Counted from the stretch's first letter, positions 40,716 to 51,500 are shown. The stretch is DNA of 64,000 bases from an uncultured delta proteobacterium (GCA_963812015.1 CAWETI010000003.1:448001-512000); one strand, 5' to 3'. Numbers and translations: made by a program. Notes: generated by a model not told the origin, from the letters alone.

Positions 40716-41506
40716 TCTATGTGGTCTTTTTCAGCAATGCCGGGGCGCCGGCGACCGGACTGTCTCCGGCCATCGGGGTCTACAAGCAGGTCTCGGATGG
40801 GACGGACGTGACCCCGGTGCCGGCAATCTCGGAGATTGGGGGCGGGTTCTACAAGTTTACCGCGAGCCCGGCTGAGGCCCTGGTGGTCAGGATGAACGGC
40901 GGCGGGACTCTGACGGATGCGGATAAGTACAAGGTGATGCAGATCACGCCGCATGACGCCGACCTGGACGCCCAGGTGAGCACCCGGACCCCGGAATCAG
41001 GGGGAAGCGTGGCGGCGATCAAGACCAAGACCGATAACCTCCCGTCAGCTCCGGCGAGTGAGGGCAACGTCCAGGGCCACGTGGCGGACGCCCTGGCCGC
41101 GTATGACCCGCCCACCAAGGCGGAGTTGGACGCGGCAGTGTCGCCTTTGGCGCTGGAGGCCGGGCTTGAGGCCCACGTGCTGGCGGTCCTCAACTCTTAT
41201 GATCCGCCGACCCGGGCTGAGGCCACTGCAGATAAAGCGGCCATCCTGGCGGCCATCGCCGGACTGAACGACGTTACGGTGGGAGAGATTCTCAGCGGGG
41301 ACCTGTCGGACCGCCTGAGCTTTCCGGGGAACTCTCTGGCGGACCTGGTGCGCAAGCTCTTCTGGGTCGTCTGCAACCGCCTGGTGATCACCGATGCGAG
41401 CGGGGCCTTAACGGCCTACAAGACCGACGGCGTGACCCCGGCGGCGACCGGGACCATCACGGATAACGGCGCCACCACGGAGAGGAGTAGACCCACATGG
41501 CCGTAA
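40712..41506 (+). CDS. Hypothetical virion protein with YDPPT repeats
   Basis: ATGA overlap with the previous gene; YDPPTKAE and YDPPTRAE. Confidence 0.6.
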   Translation: MIYVVFFSNAGAPATGLSPAIGVYKQVSDGTDVTPVPAISEIGGGFYKFTASPAEALVVRMNGGGTLTDADKYKVMQITPHDADLDAQVSTRTPESGGSVAAIKTKTDNLPSAPASEGNVQGHVADALAAYDPPTKAELDAAVSPLALEAGLEAHVLAVLNSYDPPTRAEATADKAAILAAIAGLNDVTVGEILSGDLSDRLSFPGNSLADLVRKLFWVVCNRLVITDASGALTAYKTDGVTPAATGTITDNGATTERSRPTWP

Positions 41507-41664
41507 GCCCGAAGGCGTTGGCGTCCTGGGGCCTGCGGTCGGACGGAGGCGGGCACGTCACCCGGGTCATACAGGAGATGGAAATTGTGGTGGCCACCGC
41601 CGAGCCTCTGGCCGTGGAACTTTCGGCCGCCGAAATCAGCGTGGAGTTGAGCGACAACCAATAG
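41497..41664 (+). CDS. 55-aa hypothetical protein
   Basis: GAGGAG RBS; MAVSPKALASWGL...VELSDNQ. Confidence 0.5.
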   Translation: MAVSPKALASWGLRSDGGGHVTRVIQEMEIVVATAEPLAVELSAAEISVELSDNQ

Positions 41665-41742
41665 ATTGACGGTTTTCGGTTTTTGGCTTTTTCCATATTT
41701 TCCATAAAGGCAGGGAAACCAAGGGAGGCGAAGAGAAGCCGA

Positions 41743-42075
41743 ATGATAAAAATGGTGATCAAGCAGGGTGAAGCCAGGACCGTCACCTTTACCGTCAAGG
41801 ATGCCCTGGGGACCGGGGTGGACCTGACCGGGGCGGCCTTGCTCCTGGGCGTGAAGAAAGACAAGGCGGAGGCGGAGTACACTTTCGCCAAGGCCGACCA
41901 GGAGTTTGACAAGAGCCAGGCGGCCAGCGGCATCGTTTCGGTAAATCTGAGCGCCACGGACACCAACCAGCCGGAGGCGACCTACATCGGGGAGCTGCGG
42001 TGTGCCTGGGCCGGGCCGGTGATCAAGAAGAGCGACGATTTCTTCTTGCAGATCAAGCGAGCGGTGACGGCGTAA
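41743..42075 (+). CDS. BppU N-terminal-like Ig-fold virion protein
   Basis: IKQGE..TVTFTVKD..G..VDLTGA...G.VSVNLSATDT. Confidence 0.6.
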   Translation: MIKMVIKQGEARTVTFTVKDALGTGVDLTGAALLLGVKKDKAEAEYTFAKADQEFDKSQAASGIVSVNLSATDTNQPEATYIGELRCAWAGPVIKKSDDFFLQIKRAVTA

Positions 42076-42166
42076 TCGGGCGCCGGCCGATCGGGGAAGT
42101 GGCGGCAACCTTGAGCATGTGCTTGTGGTTATCTGACCGCAAGCGGATCACCCAAGAGAGGGAATT

Positions 42167-42589
42167 ATGGCTTACTGTTCCGAAGACGACCTCCTTAAGA
42201 TGATTCCCCAGGCCGAACTGGCTGATTTGACGGTGGAGTCGGGGGAGGTCCCCGACAGCCTGATCATCGCCGAGGCCATCAGCAAGGCCGAGGCCGAGAT
42301 CGACTCCTACCTGGGGGTTAAGTATGTGGTGCCCCTGTCCGCCCCGCCGGCCCAGGTCAAGGCCCTGGCAGTGGATCTGGCCATCTATCATCTCTACTCC
42401 CGCCGCAGCATCGTGCCGCCGGTGCGGCAGCAAAAGTATGACACGGCGGTGGCCTTCCTGAAGCAGGTGGTGGCGGGGCAAGCCGTGATCGTCGGGCCGA
42501 ATGGGGAGCTGCCCACGGTGGCGAAAGAGGTGACTGACGCAGCCGCCGCCATCCGGGTCTTTTCCCGGAATACCCTGGCGGATTGGTAA
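42167..42589 (+). CDS. Mu gp36-like head-tail adaptor (DUF1320)
   Basis: MAYCSEDDL, AEIDSYL..KY.VPL, DLAIYHLY.RR. Confidence 0.9.
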   Translation: MAYCSEDDLLKMIPQAELADLTVESGEVPDSLIIAEAISKAEAEIDSYLGVKYVVPLSAPPAQVKALAVDLAIYHLYSRRSIVPPVRQQKYDTAVAFLKQVVAGQAVIVGPNGELPTVAKEVTDAAAAIRVFSRNTLADW

Positions 42590-42599
42590 GGGGGGGGCG

Positions 42600-43031
42600 A
42601 TGGCCAACGATCTTTGGACCACGGTGGAAGATGCAGTGGTGGCAGCCCTGAAAAAGGAACTGGACGCCCAGATTAATACCCTGGCCACCTATCAAGGTGA
42701 CTGGCTGGCCGACCTGCACCGGGAGTACTGGCGATTTCCGGCGGTTTTGGTGCAGTTTCGCCAGAGCCGGGGAGAGCAGGTCACCCTGGGGTCCTATGAC
42801 TTGAGCCTGGAATTTACCGTCCTGGTAATGGTTCGGGGGGGTAGCGCCAAACGGCGCGAGGCCAGCGGAGTCTACCAGATATTGGCAGGGGTCAGGGAGG
42901 CCTTGTGGCACCAGGACCTGGGGCTAGAGTTGCAACCCCTCAATCTCATCAAGGAAGAGCCTTTATTAAGCGACCAGGAATTTTCCGTGTACGCGGCCCA
43001 TTACGGCACCGCCCTGGTCCAGGACATGTGA
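42600..43031 (+). CDS. Mu gp37-like tail terminator (DUF1834)
   Basis: VEDAVVAALK, TYQG, FPAVLV, GVYQIL..VR..L..QDLGL. Confidence 0.8.
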   Translation: MANDLWTTVEDAVVAALKKELDAQINTLATYQGDWLADLHREYWRFPAVLVQFRQSRGEQVTLGSYDLSLEFTVLVMVRGGSAKRREASGVYQILAGVREALWHQDLGLELQPLNLIKEEPLLSDQEFSVYAAHYGTALVQDM

Positions 43032-43052
43032 AGCTGACGAGGAGAGAGAATC

Positions 43053-44348
43053 ATGACCCGGTCCATCCGGAATTTTTTAGCCACCCATAATCTGCTGGCG
43101 GTGTCGGCCGGACAGCAGGAGGTGGCCATGAACACCGAGCAGGCCCTGGACACCACCTTACTGGTGGACCTGGCCACGGTGCTCAACTACCAGGCCGTGA
43201 AAACCCCCAACCGGGAGGAGCTCACCGGCAAAGAAGAGGCCGACCGGCTCCATGATTTCGGCGGCAAGGTGGTGGGCACCCTGTCTTTTTCCCGGGCCCA
43301 GCCGCAGCATTTCGCCTTTTTGCTGGGGTACGGCCTGGGCCAGGTGGAAACGACCCCGGCCGGGGCCGGCGGCTACCGGCATACCATCCTGCCCCGGTCC
43401 GGGGAGGTGGATGCGGCCCGGTCCAACCCGTCTTTCACCGCGGCCATGCGCTTCGGGCGCCAGGTGATGAAGCGGCGCTTCGCCTCCTGTTTCATCGATC
43501 AGATCAGGATGGACTTCACCAAGGACGGTTGGGCCAAGATCACCGGGACGGTGAAAGGCAGCGGCAAAGTGGTGGACAACTCCCAGGTGGAGGAAGTGGC
43601 CGCGGCCTACAATGCTACCAGCCTGAGCCTGGCGGTCAACGGGGTGGCAGGAGAGAACGCGGCCGAGAGATTGGCCAACGTCCAGGCGGTTCAGGTGCTG
43701 AATCCCGCCACCCAGGCCTGGGAGGAAGTGGCCTACCAGGCCGTGTCCGAGGCGGTCCCCGGGATCATTGGGATTACGCCGCCGGGGGGGAGCGGGGGGC
43801 TCACCACCTACCGGGTCTATTATGTGCCCGGAGAGAGCGATTGGATGAACCTGCCGCCCCGGGTGGAGGAACCACCCCTGAAGGTAAGCCAGTTGGAAGT
43901 GACCCTGGGGGGGCGCTGGGACGGCGCCACCTTTACCGGGGGGTATCGGCTGGCCACGGAACTGCGGGGCGTCACCTGGACTTTGAAAAACAACCTGACG
44001 CCGGAATCGACGCCGGGGGCCGGGGGCAATTACGCCAATCGCGCCTACCGGACCGGACGGGAACAGAGCCTGAAATTCGACCGGGATTTCCGTGACTTCC
44101 TCCTGGCCCAAAATCTCAAAGATAATGACACCCTGGGGGTCTGTTTAAAAGCGACGGGGCCGGAATTCGAGCCGGGGGTCAGCTACCAGGTGGAACTGGT
44201 CTTTCCCCGGGTAATGGTCCTGGCCACCACCGTCAAGGTGTACCAGCGCCGCCTGGGAGAAGAGGTGGAATTTGCGATCCTGGAAGATGACACGTATGGG
44301 TCGGTGGTGGCTTACGTGCAGAACCAGGTGAGCGGCTACGCGGCTTAA
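43053..44348 (+). CDS. Putative major tail tube protein with inserted domain
   Basis: Follows the terminator; tube-like motifs (YRHTI.P, PSFT, VELVFPR); no sheath gene present. Confidence 0.6.
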   Translation: MTRSIRNFLATHNLLAVSAGQQEVAMNTEQALDTTLLVDLATVLNYQAVKTPNREELTGKEEADRLHDFGGKVVGTLSFSRAQPQHFAFLLGYGLGQVETTPAGAGGYRHTILPRSGEVDAARSNPSFTAAMRFGRQVMKRRFASCFIDQIRMDFTKDGWAKITGTVKGSGKVVDNSQVEEVAAAYNATSLSLAVNGVAGENAAERLANVQAVQVLNPATQAWEEVAYQAVSEAVPGIIGITPPGGSGGLTTYRVYYVPGESDWMNLPPRVEEPPLKVSQLEVTLGGRWDGATFTGGYRLATELRGVTWTLKNNLTPESTPGAGGNYANRAYRTGREQSLKFDRDFRDFLLAQNLKDNDTLGVCLKATGPEFEPGVSYQVELVFPRVMVLATTVKVYQRRLGEEVEFAILEDDTYGSVVAYVQNQVSGYAA

Positions 44349-44400
44349 ATGCCTTACGCAAGGACGCAAAGGCGCAAAGAACGCGCATCATGGAGACAAG

Positions 44401-44783
44401 ATGGCGAGAATCTTGGGAGATCAAGGTCATACCCTTATGATCCAGGACCCGGTCTCCGGGTCAGTGATCACGCTGCACTATCGGCGGCCGACCTCGGAGG
44501 AGCGGGTGGCCTACCAACTCTCGGCCTTCCGCCTCGAACATGGTGAACGACGGTTTTGCCTGGGGGAGACCCGGCTGAAATTTGGGCTGGAGATCCTAAC
44601 CGGGTTCGGGGCCGGGGATTTTGTCATACCGGAAGAGGGGGGGAGACCCCCCTGGACCCGAGCCGGCATCCGGACTGGAAGGCGCGCCTCGCCGAAGATG
44701 CCCCTGACCTGGTGTCCTACCTGGCCCAGCAGGTTTTCGAAGGCATGCGGGTGGCAAGCCGGGAAGAGCCGGAATGGGACTGA
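44401..44783 (+). CDS. Putative tail assembly chaperone, requiring a -1 shift at G7 (44637-44643)
   Basis: Frame 1 to ...FVIPEEGG, then the -1 frame gives ETPLDPSRHPDWKARLAEDAPDLVSYLAQQVFE. Confidence 0.6.
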
Positions 44784-45112
44784 GTCAGGGCCCCGGGGAA
44801 GACCGCCGGGGCTGGCCCCTGGATCGAGAACTGCAGGTGCTGGCCAGCGGCCGGCTCTGCGGCCCTTCGATGCGGCTCAGGTGCCGGGCCGAGAGCGGGT
44901 CCTTTGCCGACTGGGCCTGTGGGGCGTGCGCCGAGCGGGTGCGCCCGGAAGCCATCTCCCCCTGGACCTGGCACCTGGTCTTCCTGTACCGGTTGAGCCT
45001 GGCCGGCTACCCTTTTAAGGCCAATGATCTCAGTCTGGAGACCTGGCTGCTTATGGGGACGGTGCGCCGGGTTTTAGAAGAAGCCCAAAGAGGACAGCAT
45101 GGCCACGACTAA
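44774..45112 (+). CDS. Cys-rich pre-tape-measure protein (chaperone T-like position)
   Basis: C...C...CGAC; AGYPFKANDLSLE.W. Confidence 0.55.
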   Translation: MGLSQGPGEDRRGWPLDRELQVLASGRLCGPSMRLRCRAESGSFADWACGACAERVRPEAISPWTWHLVFLYRLSLAGYPFKANDLSLETWLLMGTVRRVLEEAQRGQHGHD

Positions 45113-45863
45113 AGTTAAAAGCAATACGAACCAGAAGAAACTGGATGATTATCGGGCCTACCAGGAAGAGCTGCTCAGCCTCAGTCGGCAATACAGCCAG
45201 GCCCGTCTGGCGGTATGGGTGACCGAGACCCAGGCCCTCCACGACACCTGGAGCGGCTTCTCCCAGGAGTGGCAAGCCAACCTGGAGCAGATGACGGCCC
45301 TGGCCAGGAGCAAGTTTGAAGAAATGGCGGCCCGGGGTGAGGCCTCGGCGGGGCTCCTGGCCCAGAGCTGGCAGAAAAACCTGACGGACGTCTCGGCGTC
45401 CGTGACGGAGTGGGGGGCCAACTTCCTCCAGACGTTGTCACAGATGGCGGCGGCCTGGGGAGGAACCCTGGGGAGCGGCAGCAGTTCCCAAGGAAGCTGG
45501 TCATCGCTTTTGGGCGGGGTCCTGGATTTCGGCGGCATCTTTCACCAGGGGGGGGTTGTTTCGGCCCACCAGGGGATGGTGATTTCCCCGGGGACCTTGA
45601 TGGGGGACGAACAACTCATCATGGCCCAGAAAGGTGAGGGTATCCTGCCCCGGGAGAGCATGGGCCGCCTGGGGGAGAAAAATTTTGAGGCCCTGAGGAC
45701 CGGCAGGTTTGACCTGAACTCGGGGAAGGCCGCGCCCCGCTTTGACGTGACCATTCAGGTCCAGACCCTGGATACCGCCGGGGTGGCGGGCCTGGACTGG
45801 GACCGGGTGGTGCAGCGGCACCTGGTGCCGGCCCTCAGGCAAGAAACGGACCGGCGCTGGTAA
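45099..45863 (+). CDS. Miniature tape measure protein
   Basis: Amphipathic W/F-periodic helices, then a TMP-type tail FHQGGVV...DEQLIMAQKGEGILPR. Confidence 0.7.
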   Translation: MATTKVKSNTNQKKLDDYRAYQEELLSLSRQYSQARLAVWVTETQALHDTWSGFSQEWQANLEQMTALARSKFEEMAARGEASAGLLAQSWQKNLTDVSASVTEWGANFLQTLSQMAAAWGGTLGSGSSSQGSWSSLLGGVLDFGGIFHQGGVVSAHQGMVISPGTLMGDEQLIMAQKGEGILPRESMGRLGEKNFEALRTGRFDLNSGKAAPRFDVTIQVQTLDTAGVAGLDWDRVVQRHLVPALRQETDRRW

Positions 45864-45872
45864 GGAGACGAG

Positions 45873-46238
45873 ATGGCAAACGCCCGGTTGGAATGGACCC
45901 CCGGGGGAGGCAGCCGCCAGGGCTACGCCTTGCCGGTCAACTTTACCTGGGACTATCAAGAACTGGCCCAGGATGAGACGGACCGGGAGCGGGCCCTGGA
46001 CGGGACCTTGAGGAGTTATCTCAGGGGGTTAAAGCAGCGATGGGTCTTGCAGTTCCAGTTCATTGCCACGGTGCAGAAGGATGTCCTGGTGGCCATTAAG
46101 CAGGCCCAGGCGGATATTGATTTTTTCCGGGACGGGACCGGGCCCAAGACCTTCACCGGGGTCTGGACCAATGACCTGGATTTCCGGGAGGTGGCTCCCG
46201 GGTTCTGGTCCGGGAGCATGACCCTGGAAGAAGTGTAA
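45873..46238 (+). CDS. Distal tail protein-like
   Basis: Follows the TMP; RALDGTL...K.RW.LQF...W.GSMTLEEV. Confidence 0.6.
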   Translation: MANARLEWTPGGGSRQGYALPVNFTWDYQELAQDETDRERALDGTLRSYLRGLKQRWVLQFQFIATVQKDVLVAIKQAQADIDFFRDGTGPKTFTGVWTNDLDFREVAPGFWSGSMTLEEV

Positions 46239-46279
46239 GGTTGTGTCCAGTGAGTACCTTTATTAAGAGCTTGTCTTAT

Positions 46280-46392
46280 TTCCCTTCCCTTTGATGGGGG
46301 AGGGTAAGGGTGAGGGTGACAAAACCATGAAAAAATACAGAATGTTATCCCCCCCCTCCCCCTAACCCCCTCCCACCAGGGGAGGGGGAATT
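46280..46392. repeat. Pair of REP-like hairpins (CCCTCCC...GGGAGGG family)
   Basis: Same family at ~34527-34570 and ~12711-12745. Confidence 0.65.
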
Positions 46393-46484
46393 TTAAGACC
46401 ATAATTTATTGAAGCAACATCAGAAACGCGATATCCACCCTTTCCGCAAGGGGGGAATCAAACGACCCTGAATAGAGAGCCTTT

Positions 46485-48161
46485 ATGCGGCAAGCTGGGC
46501 CGGAGTATCTGCAGAAAGAAGCGCTTTGCCGGGGCGCCCGACCCCGGGCGAAGGCGGTGCTTTTTCCCTATGAGCTGGACTACGGGCTGGCCCCGGGGTC
46601 CGGGGAGTTTGTCCAGACCGCCTATGGCGGGGAGCCGGGAAAACTGGCCATGGGCGACGGTTACTACACCTTCGGCTCCTGGACCTCCCCCGCCATCCAA
46701 ACGGCTTCGCCTTACCTGGACGAGGCGGTGCCTTCCTGGGAAGAGCCCACGGGGCACATGGACGTGGAGGTTCGGCTGCGCACCGGGGAGACGGCGCCAG
46801 GTTTGGCCCAGGCAGCTTTCACGCTCCTGGCGTCGGGGCAGACCATTTCCCTGGCCCCGTATTTTCAGGTGAAAGTTGACTTCAGCGAAACTATCCGGGC
46901 CTGGGGGCTGGATGACCCCGGAGAGGCGGATGGGTTTGCGGCCTATGCCGTGGACCAGAGCCCGGACGGAGGTTTTGAGAGCTCTGCCTCGGACGGACCG
47001 GGTTGTCTGGCCGATTTAAGCCTGGCGGGCCGGCTCACCCTCCCGGAGCGGGAAATCATTGATCCGGGGGGAGTGCGGGTGGAACTGGCCCGGGATTTCA
47101 GTGAGCTCAGGACCGCCGACCACGCCCTGGTCCTGGACAACCGGCTGGGGCAATGGCTGAACCGGGCCGAAAATTCCGCTCTCCTGGACTCGGACTGGAC
47201 CCAGAGGCAACTGGCGCTGTATCACGGCTGGGAGCTGGCCGACGGCACGGTGGCCTGGCAGTTACTCTACCAGGGAGTGGTGCAGCGCTTTTCCGGGATG
47301 GCCCACGGCTGGCGGGAGCCGCATCGCACCCGCCTGGAAAGCCAGGATTGGGTGGCGGCGGGGCTCAAGCAGATGATCGGCGTCCCGGCCGATACGGGAG
47401 AGCGGCGGCCGTTCATGCGGGGTACCTATCTGGCCCGGGGGGAGCTGACGCGGGTCATCGAGGCCACCGTGGGCGAGATCGCCCTGGTGGGCAGTAGCAG
47501 CGCCCCCCTGAATCTCCTGGGAACCTACCGGGGGGACTATGTCCAAAACTATGTCCTGGAAGTGGACACCGGCGGCGAAGTGGGGAGCGGCAAGTTCCGG
47601 TGGTCGCACGACCAGGGGCAGAGTTGGGAAAAGACGGGTTTGATTGCTGGCGGGGCGGATGCGCCGGTGCAGTTGGAGGAGGGCTTGTCGGTCTATTGGC
47701 AGGCGGGGGTGGGTCCGGACCTGGTGGCGGGGGACCGCTGGACCTTTACGGCGTTCCCGCCGGTTTACCAAAACCAGGTCTTTGGCGCCCCCTTCGCAGC
47801 CTTCACCGCAGTCTATCTCGACGGGGAAACCGACGACGACCGGGTGACGGCCGAGGCGAACACCGGCTTGATTGAGGTAAGTGGCAAGAACGCCCAGGTT
47901 TCGGCCAGGGTGGTCAAAGACTACACCACCCATCCGGTGGACATTGTGACCGATATACTGGCAGAAGTAGGTCTCGGCCAGGGCATCCATCAGGACTCCT
48001 TTGCCCTGGCCAAGAGCCTCACCCCCGAATACGCCATCGGCGTGAGGTTTGAAAACCTCACCGCGGCCCAGGCCATCCGGGAGATCGTCCGGCGCTGCCT
48101 GTACGATCTGTGGATCGATTTCGGAGAGATCAAGATCAAACCGTATCTGGGCGAGGCGTAA
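46485..48161 (+). CDS. Tail-tip/hub protein
   Basis: 558 aa in the tail-tip position; ends HPVDIVTDIL...DSF.LA...GEIKIKP. Confidence 0.6.
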   Translation: MRQAGPEYLQKEALCRGARPRAKAVLFPYELDYGLAPGSGEFVQTAYGGEPGKLAMGDGYYTFGSWTSPAIQTASPYLDEAVPSWEEPTGHMDVEVRLRTGETAPGLAQAAFTLLASGQTISLAPYFQVKVDFSETIRAWGLDDPGEADGFAAYAVDQSPDGGFESSASDGPGCLADLSLAGRLTLPEREIIDPGGVRVELARDFSELRTADHALVLDNRLGQWLNRAENSALLDSDWTQRQLALYHGWELADGTVAWQLLYQGVVQRFSGMAHGWREPHRTRLESQDWVAAGLKQMIGVPADTGERRPFMRGTYLARGELTRVIEATVGEIALVGSSSAPLNLLGTYRGDYVQNYVLEVDTGGEVGSGKFRWSHDQGQSWEKTGLIAGGADAPVQLEEGLSVYWQAGVGPDLVAGDRWTFTAFPPVYQNQVFGAPFAAFTAVYLDGETDDDRVTAEANTGLIEVSGKNAQVSARVVKDYTTHPVDIVTDILAEVGLGQGIHQDSFALAKSLTPEYAIGVRFENLTAAQAIREIVRRCLYDLWIDFGEIKIKPYLGEA

Positions 48162-48234
48162 GGGGCGTAGGGGCGGGTTTTAAACCCACCCCCACATCAA
48201 CTGTGGCCGTAATAATCGTTTAATGCGCCGAGTT

Positions 48235-48420
48235 ATAGAGCGATTGGCAAAAGTTCTTTCTATTATGTCACATGCTCCAAGAACCTAAATCCCCCCCACC
48301 CCCCTTTTTCAAAGGGGGGAACTTAACGGAATTCCTTTGAAAGTCCCCCTTTGACAAAGGGGGATTTAGGGGGATTTAAGAACCATCAATGGGAAGGAAT
48401 TGGCGGAAAACGCCATAAAT
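48235..48420. repeat. MITE/REP-like element, homologue of 24147-24320; GTAG-type REP just upstream (~48167-48195)
   Basis: Direct sequence comparison. Confidence 0.65.
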
Positions 48421-48509
48421 GCTTAACGTTAGCCTTTTTGCAAAAAGGGATCACCATGGGACGCATGCAATGGACCCGGGCCTCATAGTTTAATTGGGTC
48501 TTCGACAAT

Positions 48510-51500
48510 ATGGGCGGGACCCCGCTCCAGGCGGCGGTGGCCGGCAACTGGCAGCAGGCCGTGGCCACGGTGGATAGCGCGGGCCGCGTCGAGATCGGCA
48601 CCCCCAACCCCGGGGGCGGCCAAGTCTGCTGGGTGCGGGGGGTTTGGCGGCTGGACACCCAGTTCCCCTGGGAGGGCTTTTGGGCCGAGCCCATGGGCGG
48701 GGATGTCGCCAACTATTACCCGGGGGGGTCCTTTGCCAATGAGGCGGACCTGACCACCATCACCCTGGGGACGGCGCTGCCGGCCGGAACGCCGGTGCAG
48801 CTCTATTACCTCTATCTCACCGGTGAGCAAGCGATCAAGTATGAACCGCTGAACAATTATCCCTGCATCCGCCGGGCCTACCGGGCCCGGGATGACTACA
48901 CCTACGATTTTGCGGTGGACCGGATGCTGGAGCTGATGGTCTTGCTGCACCTGGCGGGGCGGGAGACGGGCCGGGACTATGGGGCGCTGATCCGGTTCAT
49001 CTGGGATGCCTTTGAGAAGCGGGAGGCGCCCCGGACTTCGCCCCTGATGCATGATGACTTTGAGCGCCAGCAGTGGGACCGGGGGGCGCACCTGCTCTAT
49101 CGCGGCGCCACCTATGGTGCAACCGCCTTTCAGGCCTTTCAAATCGAACTGGCGAGCGGCGGCGGCCGGGCCCTCCATGTGAAGGCGGCGCTGCCCACCA
49201 CCCAGGACGCGGCCTGGTTCGGCTACGGCCTGGACTGGTCCCTGGCCACCGACCCCTTCAAGGCCATGGACCGCCTCACCTTTACCTTGCAAGGGGCGGG
49301 CAGCACCAGCCTGATGCACAACCTCACCAAGATCGGCAGCGGCAGCGCCACCATGTTGCTCCTGGGGGACTACGCCAAGCAGGAAAAACGGCGGTTTTTG
49401 GTCCAGATGGAGAGCACGGGAGAGGTGGGGGCGGCCACTTTTCGCTGGTCCCGGGACGAAGGGCTCACCTGGGAAGCCACGGGCCTGACGAGCGGGAACC
49501 GGCAGCATCCGGTGGTCCTGGAGGACGAACTGGCCGTCGCCTGGGAGGGGGGAGACGGCACCGACCTGGTGGCGGGGGATTACTGGATGTTTTGGGCCGG
49601 CGAGCCCGCCATCCACCCCCGGCGGCTCCTAGTGACGCTGAACGACTCCAGCCCGGATGATTCTGACCCCTGGGGGCTGGAACATACGTATATCCATGCC
49701 ATACCGGACCGCTTCACCGAGGCGACGGCTTTTGACCTCCCCTTCAGTCAATTCTGGCGGCGGGACAATCTGATCGAAGACGGTGACCGGGTCCAGGCCA
49801 TGTGGGGCAGCTGGTATTCCGCCACCCAGCAGGACGCCGGCGACATCACCATCGGCACCCGGGAAGAGACAGAAGTCCTCCTGGGAGAGACCTTTTATAC
49901 CCAGCGGCAGATCACCTGGGACTTGACTGGGGCGGCCACCGCCTTCGGGGCGTGGGCCGGGATCGATACGGGCCGCTGCAGCTCCGCCGGGCGGGTCAAC
50001 GTCAACTTCCTCATCAAACCGGTGGTGAGCGGGGTCAGCTCTCTCACCATCCGGGTCAAAGTCAAAGACGCCCAGGGTAGTTATTTTTACCGGGAGGTGA
50101 CGGTCCCGGTCAATGACTGGCAGCGGGTGAGCGTGGCCCTGGGGGAGATGGCCCTGGAATCGGGCTCGTATCCCCTCACCCATCCCATCCAGGTGGTGGA
50201 CATCGGCTGCCCGTCTTCACCCCCCAGCAACGGGACGTTTTATCTCACCGACCTCAAGTTCGATGAGCATGTGACCTTTGCCGGGGCCGACCGCCTCAGG
50301 ACGCTGGAATTCAAGATGGAGCAGCAGGGCCTGGTGGAACATGAGTGGTGGCTGGACGAGGTGGCTCTGAACCTTACGGCTTCGGACCCCTATCCTTATG
50401 CGCCCCGGCAGGCCATTTCCCTGACCCCTTATGGGCAGAATCCCTGGCGGGGCCCCACCCTGGTGCATTATGCCCACCCCCTGGCGCCTTACCTGGTGGG
50501 GGCCTTGGACCTCAGCCAGACCTATCTTGGCTTGCACCGGGACGCCCAGGAGGAATATACCCGGCGTTACGGCGGAGCGCCGGGGCCCATCATGCCGGTC
50601 CATACCCGCAATGACGTGGAAAATATTCCCCTCTGCGGCGAGGAGGATTTTCTCCGGTTCTCCTGGTGGCGCCGGTACCGGGACTTCGGCAAGGTGGCGG
50701 GGTTCTGGCACTTCAACGGCGCGCTCACCGATGCCTCCGGGCGGGGCCACACCCTTGCCTGGCAGGGGGACGGCACCCCGAGCTATGCTGACGGCGTCTG
50801 TCAGCCGGGGCCCACCGCCCTGGACCTGGACGGCAGCCACTACTTGAGCCTGGACGACGCCGACCTGAACCTGGGGACGGAGGATTTCACCCTGGAGATG
50901 GTCCTCAAACCTGGGACCCTGGTTGACGGGGCCCGCCTCATCAGCAAAATAGCTACGGGGGGAGCGGGCTTTGAGGTGTGCCTGGGTCCGGGGGGGGCGG
51001 TGCAGTTGGTCATGGCGGACAGCAGCGGCGCCTCGGTCCTGACTCCCAACCCCGGGCTCAGCCTGGATACCGCCAATCATCACTACCTGGCGGTGTCTGG
51101 GGACCGGGATGGACAATTCACCTTCTGCGTGGTCGGCTCCCTGGGAACCGGTGCGGCGGCCCGGCCCGGTAGCCTGGATAACGGCGCGGCTTTCACGGTG
51201 GGGCGCCGGGCCGGGACGGCGGCGGGTTTTTTCCAGGGCCGGATCGACCTGATTCGGGTCCATCGGGGCCGGGCCCTGGGCGGGGCCGAACTCCAGGACA
51301 CCTGGGGGATCATCCAGGGCCGGGTGAACGGCTCGGCCTATCCGGAAGTGGGCAGCGGCCTGGGCCAGTACTGGGCCTTCCTGCGACTGGCGGAATTTTT
51401 CTTCCTGAGCAATGATGCCGGCGCGGAAACCATTTTGCTCAACTGGCTTACCTGGATCGATGAGGTTGGCGCGCCCGACGGCAATGGCTGGAAGGTACCG

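Noticed and set aside
44401..45018. 205-aa ORF as a single real protein
   Set aside because: After the G7 tract it becomes low-complexity and overlaps two better ORFs.
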